A stretch of DNA of 64,000 nt from Batkoa obscura (Eukaryota), in contig JASVEC010000017.1 in the NCBI GenBank assembly GCA_030770535.1, positions 682,001 to 746,000 of the forward strand, in the 5' to 3' direction. How positions within the stretch are numbered: position 1 is the stretch's first letter; each line of letters starts with the position of its first letter. A program made the position numbers and the translations under genes. The notes below the pieces were generated by a model. That model ran no database searches. It was not told where the DNA came from and worked only from the letters and a program-made list of their open reading frames with translations. Positions 12,683-25,196 of the stretch are shown here, one piece after another.

Positions 12683-14374
12683 CTCATAAAATTATTAAAA
12701 ATTAAAAAATACAAGTGAAAAACCAAAAATGAGGCTCGTATGAAACCTACAAATTAAAGTTATAAATAATAGGAGCATTCTAAAGCCCAATGGTACAAAT
12801 TAATAGGCAAGAGGAAAAGTAAGGACAGCGATTTATTAAACTAAATCAAATTTAACAGTCGAGCTCTTGATACAACTAGAAAAGGAAAACTCAGTTGCTT
12901 ATCTTCCCCTTAGGAGCACTTAGGGGTTGCATGTAGCTAAAAAAAACTACAGTATTTAATTGCAACTTAAGCTATCAATTTCAGGAAAGATATCAAATCA
13001 TAATTTTTTTAAAAATAGACTCCTGAGGCAGTATTTATGAAGTATATTTCCTAGGAAGGATATTTTTATAAAGTATAAAAGCATTAACTAAAAAAGGTGA
13101 GACTATATCTATAGCTTAAGTTTTGTCATTTGTTCTGCTGATTAAAACTACAGAAAAAGATTTTTCTAGCTTTACCTTTATATAACCTATATCATTACTG
13201 GATTATAATATAAGAGTATAACATGTAAGCTATCCTAAATAGTATATTATTTCCCGTTACAATATTTTACTTTTTTAAAATATCAAATAGTTAATATCAT
13301 TAAAAGAAGATCTCTTTTTTAATATACTTATTTAGGTTTTTTTTTTGAAAAATTACATTTAATACAGTTAATACTTTCAATACCATATACTGTCATTAGC
13401 TATATTCAGTATTTAATTTTCATTTACTTGTTTTTTTAACCCATATAATATATGCTGATTTTTACTGTTGCCATGCCTTTTAAAAGATGAAGGTCCTGTA
13501 GATATAACAAAGGCATAGTATAAGAAGACATTGTGTTATCATCTAATTCAATTATAGAGACCAATGCCTTTTTAGGTAAACTTTTGATTTGATTTTTGTT
13601 CAAATTGTGACTTTGGAGGTTGATTTTTAACAGCAACTTGATCTTAAATTTTAGACTCAATCTTTATTGAGTTCTTAATTTGGTATATATTTAAAAGCAA
13701 TAGGATCACATGCTATGGTTTAGCCGATAAAATGATTGATTTTAATAAATAGAACAGTATTTCTAAATGGAAATAGATTTGAAAGGTAATTTAGGGTAGT
13801 TGATTTAATCTGGCTTTTTTAGTCTTATTCTTTTCAAGAAAAAACACTAAACTATTTATAAAATTTAAAAAATCCTACTTAATTATATATATGTTTGGGG
13901 TGTTTTTCCTGAATACAAAACCAAATATGTATGCTATTGTAGACAAAAAAATCCTGTACGTTTTATTGGTGGAAAAAACTATCGGATATAAAACCAAAGA
14001 ATATTATAAGTAGCATTACATATGATCACAGTCAAAGATCATTAAAGAATATAACAGTTATGTCCTTATCAGGTTTTTAAATTCTAGTATTTTAGTTATT
14101 ATTCAAATAGTTATATTAGAACAAAACAGGAATCTTAAAGTCCCCTGTCTTGATTATTTATATACAACAAAAATTAAAACAATATAACTCAATTGCTAAA
14201 CTGTATAAAATTAATAGTCAGCCATGTCAGAATCTGATATATAATCACCTTTAACAATGCTATGATAATATTAGACTATTGTTGAGAAATAAAACGCCTA
14301 CACAAGTTGATAATAAAGAAAATTGAATGTGAATAACCATAGCTCTACAGTAACATCTATAAGAACATTTAGCA

Positions 14375-14479
14375 TACGAGGGTGTTTTTTTTGGCTTCAT
14401 CACTTTTTCCATCTTTTAAGCGCTATTTAAGCGGAAAAATTGTTAGTAAAATTCTCAAATACAAAGATACATCCCCATA
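14375..14479 (+). mobile_element. ~105-bp MITE
   Basis: TA-CGAGGGTGTTTTTT...ACATCCCCA-TA. Confidence 0.85.
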
Positions 14480-14794
14480 TCTGAATGACAATCTAGTAAA
14501 GTGATTAAAGTAAAAGAAAATATGACCAAATTTAAAGTATTTTGTACAAAGTAATGTAGAATAATCCTTGGAAGAGAAATTGTTTAATTGGGTAAAATAT
14601 TTTAATCGAAATGTTTAAATTATTTAAAGCAGGGAATAAAAAAATAATGGTTCTTATCAATAGGAATACTTTTCTTTACTTGTTATTAATATTTGCTCTA
14701 ATGATTACATATGTAAAATTTGGGATTTTCAGATATATATAGAAGCAAAAAGCCAATATAAGCTTTAAAAAGTTTTACTTTTTAGAAGATAATC

Positions 14795-15772
14795 ATGTCT
14801 CGTAAATTCGTAGATTTAGATACCAAATTGAATATTATTAAACTAGCTGAAAAGGGCTTATCACATAAAGACATTGCTAGCCATTATGACATTGGAAGGA
14901 GCACAGTGACAAATATAGTTTTGAACAAAAGCAAGGTGGAGAATATCAAGGAGGGAGTTTTCAATAAATTGAGAAAAAGGGTGCGTGCTACAGAACATGA
15001 TGATTTGGAAAATCGAGTACTTCAATTCTGTACAGAAGGAGCTATGCTTATGTCTAATGGAACACTTAAACTCAGAGATGACATTGATGGTGATACTATT
15101 ATAAATAAAACTAAAGAATTACTAAAAATAATAAACAATCATGATATTGTTATTGATAATAATTGGTTAGCTAAGTTTAGAAGAAAATATAAACTCGCTT
15201 TCAAAATAATCAAAAAGAGAATGAGCCCTAAAAACAACTGCATATCCTATGGGGAGTATATAGTTAAATCTGATGCCTCCAACTGTCCTTTAGGTAATCA
15301 CCAGTATAGTCCAAACTTAAGTAACTCATATCCCAATAGCGACTCTTTTAATGACAACCCAGTGTTACCAATGGTACTACATCCAGAACTCATTGGTACA
15401 AATGTAACAGGTTCCAATACACACCAAAGTCATACTGGAATTTATGGGAGATCTAATAGCTATACATATAAAGGCCATATGCCTAATAATTCTACATATG
15501 CAAACTCTCTTGGGTTTGTTCCAAATATTGATAATGGCTATAGTACAGCTAATTTACTACGTCCTAATTACCAATCTTTTCCGCTAGCAGTAGCCAGTAA
15601 GCCGATCCACATTTTAAATGTTCCGTACAACTATACTAGTCTAAGCTCGCCTACTGTTTCTTCTTCAAATAACTCGTCAGAGCAATTTAATAATCATATA
15701 GTTCCTTCAAATTTTACTACTAATGAAACTCATAACTGCTACTATGTAAACGCCTCAACCACTAGGATTTGA
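14795..15772 (+). CDS. CENP-B/pogo-type bipartite HTH protein, paralog 6
   Basis: HKDIASHYDIGRSTVTNI, RKRVRATEH, WLAKFRRKYKL; long N/S/Y/P tail; closest to paralog 5 (EGVFNKLRKR). Confidence 0.85.
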   Translation: MSRKFVDLDTKLNIIKLAEKGLSHKDIASHYDIGRSTVTNIVLNKSKVENIKEGVFNKLRKRVRATEHDDLENRVLQFCTEGAMLMSNGTLKLRDDIDGDTIINKTKELLKIINNHDIVIDNNWLAKFRRKYKLAFKIIKKRMSPKNNCISYGEYIVKSDASNCPLGNHQYSPNLSNSYPNSDSFNDNPVLPMVLHPELIGTNVTGSNTHQSHTGIYGRSNSYTYKGHMPNNSTYANSLGFVPNIDNGYSTANLLRPNYQSFPLAVASKPIHILNVPYNYTSLSSPTVSSSNNSSEQFNNHIVPSNFTTNETHNCYYVNASTTRI

Positions 15773-16327
15773 TTTTTCGATTTAATCTTTCATCCTAATT
15801 TCGAATTTTACCTACCCTATGGGTACTCTTTCTTTTACTTTATACTATCTAATATTAATTTTTCTTAAAAAGTTTGAGAGAGTAGAACTCTCGAGAAATC
15901 TAATTATCTATTGTTTTTAACTTTAATTTTTCAAAATAAAATAACATGTTTTTTTTATTTAAGTATATATATTTAGTTATGTATGGAAAAAAGAATGAAA
16001 ATCAGAGTTTATCACTAAATTCGGTCACCATAGCTACTACTGCACACATAATACTATTAAGTTTAATTTCCAGGAAGATTTTATGGATCAAATCCTATAT
16101 GATAGGCAATATAATATTTTTTTCCACTTTTTTATGAATCTACAATAAAAAGAGTACATTTATTACCTCTAACGATAAGGATAAAATAAGCATACATTTA
16201 ATTTTGGTACTAAATATTACCCAACTATAAAAGGCTCTTTATTGAAATAGCACCTATTAATTTAAAAAAAATAATAGTAGTATAACACTGGGATTTTTTT
16301 ATTCTAATAATTTTTATATTACAATAA

Positions 16328-16431
16328 TATGGGGATATTTTTTTTGATTTCATCACTTTTTCTATTTTTTAAGCGCTATTTGAGTGGAAAGATTGTTAGT
16401 AAATTATTAAACAAAAAAATACATCCCCATA
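16328..16431 (+). mobile_element. ~105-bp MITE
   Basis: TATGGGGATATTTTTTT...AAAAAAATACATCCCCATA. Confidence 0.85.
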
Positions 16432-17325
16432 TAATACTAGATAAACCATGTAGATGCTTAATTATTTTTATAAAAATGTTTATTCCAACTTACAGAGTGG
16501 ACTTTTTTTGAAAGTTAGTGTATAATAATTAGTTAAAATGTAGTCCTAATTTTTGATCAATTATTAAGTTGAAATTTTAACAAATGTTGATAAAACAAAT
16601 CAATTTGAAATCAAAATTTCAACAATAAAACCAATAATACTTAATAAATAAACGCTGCAATTAATAGCCAAATAAAGTAAGTGTTTATTCTATAATTTTT
16701 TGATATTAATAAAAAATAGAATCTTCACGTTATAGATAGCAATAATTAAAAAGTGATTAGTTATTATGAAATAATAGGTGGGTATTTATTAAAAATATAA
16801 AAATTCAATAGTATTTTTGTTTAAACAAAGATTAAGACATCAGATAAAAGCTATACATCAAAACTAGTTGATCAAATATATTGGTGAGTGCTCGAAAGCT
16901 GGAGAATGTAAACTTTTTATTAAAAAATTCTTAATATGTTTGATCCTAATACACTATCACATCAAATAACGTTTTGGCTAAATAAAATTATAAAATTATA
17001 AAATTATAAAAAAATTAATTAGATTTTTTGATTGCTTCTAAATATAGTTATACAACTAATAACCATCGTAAACTGTTGCTATTCTATTGAGAGCTAATTA
17101 TCTATTCATTTAAAAAATATTTTTTGCTAAGATCAAGCTAAAGTGCTAAAATTGGACTGTAAAAAGGCCAAACAAATAAATGACTAGCTCTTAAAATTGC
17201 CGCAAATCAGGTCGCAATACCATTTCAACTGCTGTAAAGAACAAATAATTTCTAAATTCTATAGAGTATAAAAACACAACCCAAGCCAAAACCATTTTTA
17301 TTTTTATTTTTTTTTAACATTAAGA

Positions 17326-17628
17326 ATGAAATTCTCTGGCAGTATTTTAGTTCTATTAAACTTAAGTTTATCACTTGGTAAACCAGTGAAAAAGCATGTT
17401 AATCCAGAAGGAATAAATTATAGGTCAATCCCAGAAGATGATGTCGGTTCTGAGTTCCTTTCTCCTGTATCTGAATACAAAGCTGGTCCCTGTTCTGTCA
17501 ATGTGGATTTCGCAGTTTGTGCTGATTTTTCGAATATTAGTCAATGTATTGATGGTAATTGGTCTTCTAGCCCTTGTGAGCAAGGTAAAATTTGTCAAAT
17601 TACAAGCTTTGGCCATAGGTGTGCTTAA
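17326..17628 (+). CDS. Small secreted Cys-rich protein with CBM19-like (chitin-binding) C-terminal module
   Basis: Signal peptide MKFSGSILVLLNLSLSLG; six Cys in C..C..QC.DG.W...C..G..C spacing; TATAAAA at ~17267. Confidence 0.65.
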   Translation: MKFSGSILVLLNLSLSLGKPVKKHVNPEGINYRSIPEDDVGSEFLSPVSEYKAGPCSVNVDFAVCADFSNISQCIDGNWSSSPCEQGKICQITSFGHRCA

Positions 17629-17989
17629 TGTTTTAATAAAGACACTATTTATAAGTTCGTTTTTCTAAAGTCAACTAATCAACTTGGACACCTTTATATT
17701 GGTATTTAAATTAATCAAGTTTTTAATAAATTAATAAATAAAATAATACTGTAGTTTTTATTTTGAAATATACTTTACCATGACTACACTTTAATTTTGT
17801 CTAAAATAAACTGTAAGGCATATTGGTTTAGCCTTAAGTTATTCTTTACTGTCCTGTTGTGTTTATTAATAATTCTGCTTTTGATCTTAACTATAGTTAT
17901 AGAAATAGATACAAAGATACAACTAAAATAGTTACTAAGTACTACTACCGTTTGTGTTATTAGAGTCATGTAAGCTACTTATTATATTA

Positions 17990-18028
17990 CTATAAACTAT
18001 AAACTATAAACTATAAACTATAAACTAT
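17990..18028. repeat. (CTATAAA)n microsatellite
   Basis: About 5.5 tandem 7-mers. Confidence 0.9.
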
Positions 18029-18123
18029 ATCAAAAATTTAGACTGCTAATTCAAAAATAGTAGCTTTATTTTATTTCAATATTAAACTTACCACATGCAA
18101 TAAGCTTATATCCAAGTCTCGTC

Positions 18124-18708
18124 TTATTGCCTATTCAACTTATCTAGTAAACTCTGTTTACTAACTTGAATCCACCTAACCTCATCAATCTCATATTTCA
18201 CCATATCATAACTCATATCGCCTATAACCAACTTCTCACCACTATTGATCAGCTTTGCTCTACCTACTTTCTCTAACCAACCTATCATCGGTTTGTTTGT
18301 GTTTAAAGTTTCAAAAGTTACTCTCTTTAACTTCAATTCTTCAAAAGCAATAATTAATAACTGATAGATACACTCAGTGCCAAACTTTTGATCAAAGTAA
18401 GTAGATTCTATAATTAAACCCAAATTGCAACTACTTTCTTTATAATCAATTGCGGTAAGACACCCAGTTCCTATTTTTTTTTTACTTTCTTTGGATATTA
18501 ATATATAATTCTTTCGAATTCCTTGTTGTTCTTCTGAGATTTGGTGGGTTACTAAGTTCCTATAGTCGTTGTCTTTCCATCCAGAAGTTAAAATTGATAT
18601 CCATGGTAAATACCTCATACTGATAGCGTCTTGGTATACTTTTTTTACATATAAATAATCATCTGGACGAAATGAGGTTAAATTTAGTCTTGGCTGGATC
18701 AGTTGCAT
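18124..18708 (-). CDS. GNAT acetyltransferase, RimJ/RimL (Acetyltransf_3) type
   Basis: PRLNLTSFRPDD, KKIGTGCL, CNLGLII..Y..QKFGTE, AFEELKLKRV...NKPMIGWLEKVG; ATG at 18708; intronless. Confidence 0.85.
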   Translation of the reverse strand: MQLIQPRLNLTSFRPDDYLYVKKVYQDAISMRYLPWISILTSGWKDNDYRNLVTHQISEEQQGIRKNYILISKESKKKIGTGCLTAIDYKESSCNLGLIIESTYFDQKFGTECIYQLLIIAFEELKLKRVTFETLNTNKPMIGWLEKVGRAKLINSGEKLVIGDMSYDMVKYEIDEVRWIQVSKQSLLDKLNRQ

Positions 18709-19739
18709 TTTTTGTGAAATTATCAATGAATGAAGAAAATCGGCTGTTATTTATACTATTATATTATAATTGTTTTTATAACCTTATGATTTATTTTAAG
18801 AACCATTTGTTGAATATAAATGCGATGTTTTAAAAATTAAGAAGGCTAAATATAAGAATGTTTCTACAGTAATCTCTTTTTATGATTCAAAACTATAAGG
18901 TTGTTCTTGGTTGCAACAGCTATTAAATTTATATATATAAAAACAACAATTATTTACAACTTACTGTTACAATTTATTATCCTCATTTATAGTTTTTACC
19001 AAAAAAATAAAAATTAGTTATATAACATTGTTATGATGTGAATCAAAATATAATAATCAAAAGCACTTAATAAGTATAGTTAATATAGTTAATATAATTA
19101 AATATAGTAATAATAAAGAAAGGTTAAGCAAAAAATATCAACATACGTAAATTTATCATTAACAAGAATAATAATCATTGAAATTTCAAAGCATAAAAAC
19201 AATAACTATATTGATAAAATAGCAATATAGTAAAATAAAATCAACTTATTAAATAAATGTATAATTAACATCATCACAAACGATCAAAGCAACTGTGAAA
19301 CATTATCTTATTAGTTATATTATGAAACTATTGATTATAAAAAATTCTTGGTAAATAATGGATTTATAATTATTATGAAACATTGTGGCTTTTAGTTGAT
19401 ATTATATTAAAAAAGTTCTTAATAAACGCAATAATATAAAGGTAAATACAGAAATATCCAAATCCTAAGTGCGATGCTTAAGGTATCATACTTTGAACTA
19501 TTACATAGGCTAATCAATATAAAATGCTAGAGAGCTTTCATCTTTCCGGTGAAGATGAGCCTTCCATGGATCAAAAAACATCTATAGTTTATATAATGGA
19601 ATAGAAAAAGATGTTTTGTCTCTTAGACACAGAGACACCAATGACTATAACTGAATATCTGAGTATTTAGACTAAAAAGTTAGGAGGAGTTAGTAGTTAG
19701 GTTTTTATATCAATTTAGTTTTACAAGGGTTTGCTGAAC

Positions 19740-20160
19740 AAATACAATTATCTAAACTTAAATGCGTATTGACTAACAAAATTCTTCATAATCCTTGATT
19801 TGTATTCTCATGCTTTTACAACCCAACTAAAATAAACGCTCAGATAGTACTCATTTGAATTTGAACAACATTAAAGATTAAGGGATGGAAAAGGCTTGGC
19901 TATGCATAAAAAATGCCTGTCAACTATAAAAAGAGATCAAGAATAACTTTAATTATGTAGCTAAAAACAAGATTTTCAATCTCTTCAAAAAACACAGAAA
20001 AGCTTTCCAAGCAATGAATTGGGCAAAGGTAGTTGATTTTATCTACCCTTTTTCAATCATAGACTAACATCCTTGCTCTTTCCTCTTTCTATCATTTTAC
20101 CTCTCTATAAATTTTCCCTGCCTTGAATAAACCAAACTTTTTGTATGGCTGAGTAATCTA
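19740..20160 (-). mobile_element. Highly decayed non-LTR (LINE) reverse transcriptase remnant
   Basis: Collinear degenerate motifs on the minus strand: FIQGRE (GFxxGR), VYD*KRVDKIN (D.EKAYD.V), HPLIFNVV (SPLLFN). Many stops. Confidence 0.35.
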
Positions 20161-20611
20161 AAAAAACAAGATTTCAATTATGTTTTATTTATAATATCAC
20201 ATTTATAATTAAAATAATATTATCTAGATGATTTACTTGGCTTTTGCTTGAAACTTGCCCTTTTTAACCACGCTCCTTAGCACTTGAAAAATAATATAAT
20301 ATAACAAAATAAACCTTATAGCTTGATATGGTTTTAACTCAATATAGTTTACTATATTTTAATTTTTAACTAAATAAATTGGTATATAAGGATGTTTAAA
20401 TTAGTTTCCTTTTTTTATCCAATTTTCAAAGTTTATATTTTAAAAACTTTGCTTAAAATTCTATAAAAATAAATTCTTTATTAAAAACCAAAAGTACCCA
20501 ACACGGTCTTAAATTATTTTATTGTAATTTATATTTTAAGTTAGTAGAATTTCTATTAAATTTAATACAAATTTCCGGATTAGCAAGGCTTTTACTAGCA
20601 TAATCTATAGG

Positions 20612-21089
20612 TGTAAAGTATCGCTTCATCAGCTCTATGATTGATTATAATATGATAATCAATTCGGAGTTCTTTATATAGATTTACTTTGAGAATTGCT
20701 ACTACCTGATCACGAACTTATTACCCACGTTTTAATGTCCATGCTTGGTAACTATAATAAGGAATAACTGTTATAATGTTCCTTATATATAGCCACCCAG
20801 TTGGAGTATAAAAGAGATTCTTCAACATGATAACTCGAGGCTTTTTAACTGAATTACTCCCTGATATCGTATTACTAATAAAGCCACTAAGTCTTTCTGA
20901 CAATATTTTACGTAGATTTTACAGTAGTATTGTCTATTATAGTTGTTTTACATAGTTCGTAACTTATTACATGTTATTCTTATTCATTTAAGTCTATCTT
21001 AGTTATATAAACTAAGACCATTCGATTCAAGGCAAGTTAATCAACCAAGAACTGCTTTTAACTCCTACCACTGAGTACCAACTTTCACA
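20612..21089 (-). mobile_element. Solo LTR-like element (copy 2)
   Basis: Reverse complement of the TGTGAAAGTTGGTACTCAGTGG family; 5' ~290 bp near-identical to copies 3/4, divergent 3' part; no TSD seen. Confidence 0.8.
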
Positions 21090-21860
21090 GTTACCAAACA
21101 ATTAAAATTATCACCAAATCGTGAATGCAAATTATTGTTATTAAAATTATTTTTTGATGTAACAATACCATATGGTTTATAAAAATGATTTGTTTTTAAA
21201 CTCAACAGTTCTAACTTTTTAAAATTCTGTTTGATATTATCTAATCCTTGAAGATTTAAATCCTCGTTTGATACTATTTTAAGAGACTTTAACATCATTA
21301 GATTCAACTTATTAATAATATATTCAATTTATATATTATTTATACTAATACTTAAAGCTCATAATTGATTTAAATAATTTTCAAATAATTGTAATGTTCC
21401 TAAGTAGTTACTTGAAACAGTTATTAGTTTTTTTGATCGTATTTTGTGTAATGAATAGAAGTGATATTTGGACGTTGATCTAAATAATTTTAGTAGTTAG
21501 ATAGCAACTATAGAGAGATAAGATGATGTTGGGTTATTGCATTAATGAGTTTGTTTATACTTTATTAAAATTTGATTGTTTTAATGTATTTCTATACAAT
21601 TACAACTGCTGATGATAGTTTTTGACTTAAACGTAGGGATCTAATAGGTAATAGTTTGTTTGCAATATTCAGTTAGTATAGATTAAATGATTGTATATTG
21701 AAAGTAATGAGTTGATTCATTTAATATGTATTGTTTCATAAATTGTGGTATTACTAGGATATTGTTGGTCATATATACTTTATTTTTTAATAAATCAATG
21801 TTTAATGTTAGGGTCTTAGATATAATTCAGAAGAATATATCAATGTTATCAATTGGTTGA
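21090..21860 (-). pseudogene. Decayed LRR-like (possibly F-box/LRR family) coding remnant abutting the LTR
   Basis: Minus-strand segments such as LKSLKIVSNEDLNLQGLDNIKQNFKKLELLSLK, with stops upstream. Confidence 0.35.
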
Positions 21861-21979
21861 AGCCTTAGTCCTTCAAATGTTGAGCTAAACTACAAAATAG
21901 AACTCCGTGCTCCCTTACTTAATCTGGTATCATTTTGTTTCATTACTAATTAAATTTTAAGCTATTCAGCGTTGTATAG

Positions 21980-22530
21980 AAATTTAAATATCACTCTCTC
22001 ACTTTATTACCAGCCAACAATAAATTAGATCCCCCACTGCCTCTCCTATTATATTTTAATCGTGGATTGCGTTATATAAATGATGTTTCAAGCTATCAAA
22101 TATAACCTTTTCAAATCAAAAGGTGGTCAACTTGAACCCAGATACTTTCCTACAACTACTCAATCTCTCCTTTTTCCTTCGCGCTTAATGGTCTACTCTC
22201 TGCCCCCTTGTCAATTACTTTATCATTCAAATGTACTTATATTACTGGACACTTACTCCTTTGCTCAGGACTTGTTCTTAGGCTTAGTGGTTTGAGTCTC
22301 ACATAGAACTCTTACTGCCTTAACTATAGAGATTTGAAAATTCATTTCATAGTTGATAAGCTAGCCTTTGAGAAGATGGTTCTAATAAAAAAAGAAGGTC
22401 TATACGCCTTGGCCATTATTAATAGATCTTTCAAAGAGAACAGTTGTTCTACGGCCCTTAACTTTTCACCTAATTTTAAAACTGTTATCACTTATGAAGT
22501 TATGTTAGTATTTTTCTCTTTTTAAATTAA
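21980..22530 (-). mobile_element. Decayed LINE RT/thumb remnant
   Basis: Minus-strand VGKYLG motif (~22140) followed by a RRGSGGSNL (GGLG-like) motif (~22030); higher GC than flanks. Confidence 0.35.
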
Positions 22531-24218
22531 AATCACTGGTTTACCAAAAAACTAGATAAAGTACATTAAAAAAAATAAATCACTTAGGAGTCTACACCTT
22601 CGAGATTTCTAAAAAAAATTATTTGGTTGTTTGTTAAAAATTATAATATCTTAAGAAAAGTATAAAATATTAAACATAGCATGTAAAATTTTGAAAAGAC
22701 AATTTATTGAAAGCAAAATATAAAATTTAAGTAATCTATAAATTAGCTATTGCTTTAATTGCTAGTTGGTTAGTTAGTTATACTGATTTCCAGATTAATT
22801 ACGTTAAAAAAAGTTTATATGTTTAGGTAGTATTATTTTACTTTTGTAAAATAATTTATAACCTATGTTTGTATCATAGACTTTTCAAGGATCTCATTAT
22901 TAAGCTTTAAACTAATATTTTTTGTTAAAAAATCCTAAAAATTCAAGCCCTTTTTGCTATTATTCTATTGCAATCTCACTGATATATTTTTAACATTATC
23001 TTTTGCACTAACATTAGCCTCTTTTGACTCTGATACCTTACATCCTTCATTTTTTTTTGCTTTCTGCTCTGTATCTTTCACTTTAAGGCTGGTATTAATA
23101 AAAATAGGTCCAAGATCTTCCTTAATGGCACCAACCATGAAATCTTTAGTATCAAAAACTTTAAACGGATGGCTTAATGCTGATGCTTTATCTACTTAAT
23201 TTTCTGGTGGACCTGTTGATTTTGAATCAAAGGTTCGATGCTTTTTTGATAGATTACTGGATACCTTTTAATAAACAATAAGTATTTTGAGTTTTGAGAA
23301 TATAAACAAATTGATGTTGTTTATATAGTCTTTTTCTTTAATGCTTTATTTTTACAAATTGCTAATAATTTTTTAATCACGTAATCATTTCAATTTATAG
23401 ATAAGAGATTACTTTACTTTCGAATAACAATAATAAAATATTTGTATAGCTTAGCTTTATTATCACTTTTACTTACCTTCGCTCATACTTAGAAGTTAAC
23501 AACATCTAAAAGAGGCTTAAAGTCAAAAGGGAAAGTTTCTGAGCATTGTGGATCTAAGGGTACTAAACCACTGTTGGGAAAAGGGTTAAAGAAAACTTAG
23601 ATCTCAGTAGGCTTTTTGATAAATTAGGTGGATATTTCAAATATTTGGAAAAAGGTTTACCAGCTGTTAATGAAACATAAACAAAAATGAATAAAGGAAA
23701 GGTGGTAATTATAAAGATACTAAGGGTAGAAAGGGAGCTAAAAATATTAAAAGGGCCAAAGACATTGAAGGAATCAAGTCTATTAAAGATATCAAAGGTT
23801 GTTAAGCTTTTAAATGCAGCAAAGAAGTTGAATGTACCATAAAGGGTAATAGAACTAAAAGTAAAGCTAGGGGATCAACACAAGAAATGTGTTGGCAAAA
23901 AGGTCTTTATTGATGGTAAAAAAGACTAATGTAAGGTAAAAGGGCAGCTTACAATTATTCCCGCAATGTTGGTTTATTTCAATAAATTTTACATAATCAA
24001 ATATAGTCATTAAGCTTAAGTTCAGCCAATGGTATATACTGATGTCTAAAACATATTGAATGTTCTTCAGTAATGAACCTTGCTTTTAACTTAAATCGCT
24101 TTTGTTTAGATTTATTTGAAATATTTCTCTTAAAATTTTCTTACTAATAATATTTACTGTTTAAATATGAAAAGTTATAAAAAAGAAAATAATCTAAAGT
24201 AATCATTAAATTTTATTT

Positions 24219-25196
24219 TTAGCAAGTACCACCAAGACGAATATCCCAATAAGTAAGATGGTCATCAACACTCAAAAACGGTTCAGTAGAAAGTGAACAA
24301 GAAGGATCTTCAATTTGTGAAGTAGCGCAAATCTTAGCTTGATTATTATGTAACCACATTTCAACAAAATAATGATTAAAGGACATAGAACGAGGTGGTA
24401 CATGAGGTACAATATCCTTATTATTGGTGACTCTTGTTGATAATAAACTTAATGAATCAAACCAAGTAGCAAAATCAGAATTTCCTACTCTTGGTTGTCC
24501 ATAAGTGAATAATTGTATATTTCCCCATGAGAGTTGTTGAGATGCTTGAAGATCAATAGCAGCTAAATTTGCAATTGCGCCACCTAAAGAATGACCAGTG
24601 ACGACTAATTTAAAACCTGGATTACTCTTTAATAAATCTTTGACTATAGGTGTATAAATTGGACTAAGTGCATCCCTAGCTTGTTTAAAACCAAGATGAA
24701 CTTGAACTTTGCTATTACCAGAAAACAAATCCGCTTTATCAACTTTGACATTTTGTACCCAATTTTTAATATTTGATGTGCCTCTAAATGAAACAACAAT
24801 AAACTTATTAGTAGAATCAAGTCCAACATAACCTCTAGTTTCATATTTAGTATCTTCAAATACTTTAACTACTTTCAAGCCTCCATAAACGGAACAATGG
24901 TTACAACTCCAATTGGTTAAGGTAGAACCACCACAATAAGCAGCACCAGCTAATCGTGCCATCTTTTTGGCAGTAGCTTCATTGGAGACAGTTAATCTAT
25001 TAACTGGCGACCCTCTAGTTTCTCTTACTGGTATATCTTTAAAATCTTTAACAAGTTGACTAAGGTTGTCAATTAAATTGTTGAGATAGGGGTCAGAAGA
25101 AACAGATGTAGCGTTGAGTTTAGCTTCTTGCTGTAACTCGCTATTAATGGCGGAAAGGTAAAAGAGAGAGGATAATAAACCAACGTTTAACTTCAT
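24219..25196 (-). CDS. Secreted class 3 triacylglycerol lipase (Rhizomucor-type)
   Basis: Signal peptide and propeptide; AAYC, VVSFRGT, VHLGF, catalytic GHSLGG, TYGQPRVGN, DIVPHVP, DHLTY. Confidence 0.93.
   Translation of the reverse strand: MKLNVGLLSSLFYLSAINSELQQEAKLNATSVSSDPYLNNLIDNLSQLVKDFKDIPVRETRGSPVNRLTVSNEATAKKMARLAGAAYCGGSTLTNWSCNHCSVYGGLKVVKVFEDTKYETRGYVGLDSTNKFIVVSFRGTSNIKNWVQNVKVDKADLFSGNSKVQVHLGFKQARDALSPIYTPIVKDLLKSNPGFKLVVTGHSLGGAIANLAAIDLQASQQLSWGNIQLFTYGQPRVGNSDFATWFDSLSLLSTRVTNNKDIVPHVPPRSMSFNHYFVEMWLHNNQAKICATSQIEDPSCSLSTEPFLSVDDHLTYWDIRLGGTC

Noticed and set aside
13436..13850. Possible eleventh, decayed HTH paralog on the minus strand (LKRIRL, NHFIG, LKFKIK fragments)
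   Set aside because: Spacing does not fit well and there is no GRSTV helix; a frameshift-aware profile search would be needed.
22920..23960. Minus-strand exon-like remnants with stops
   Set aside because: No recognisable family; too degraded to call.
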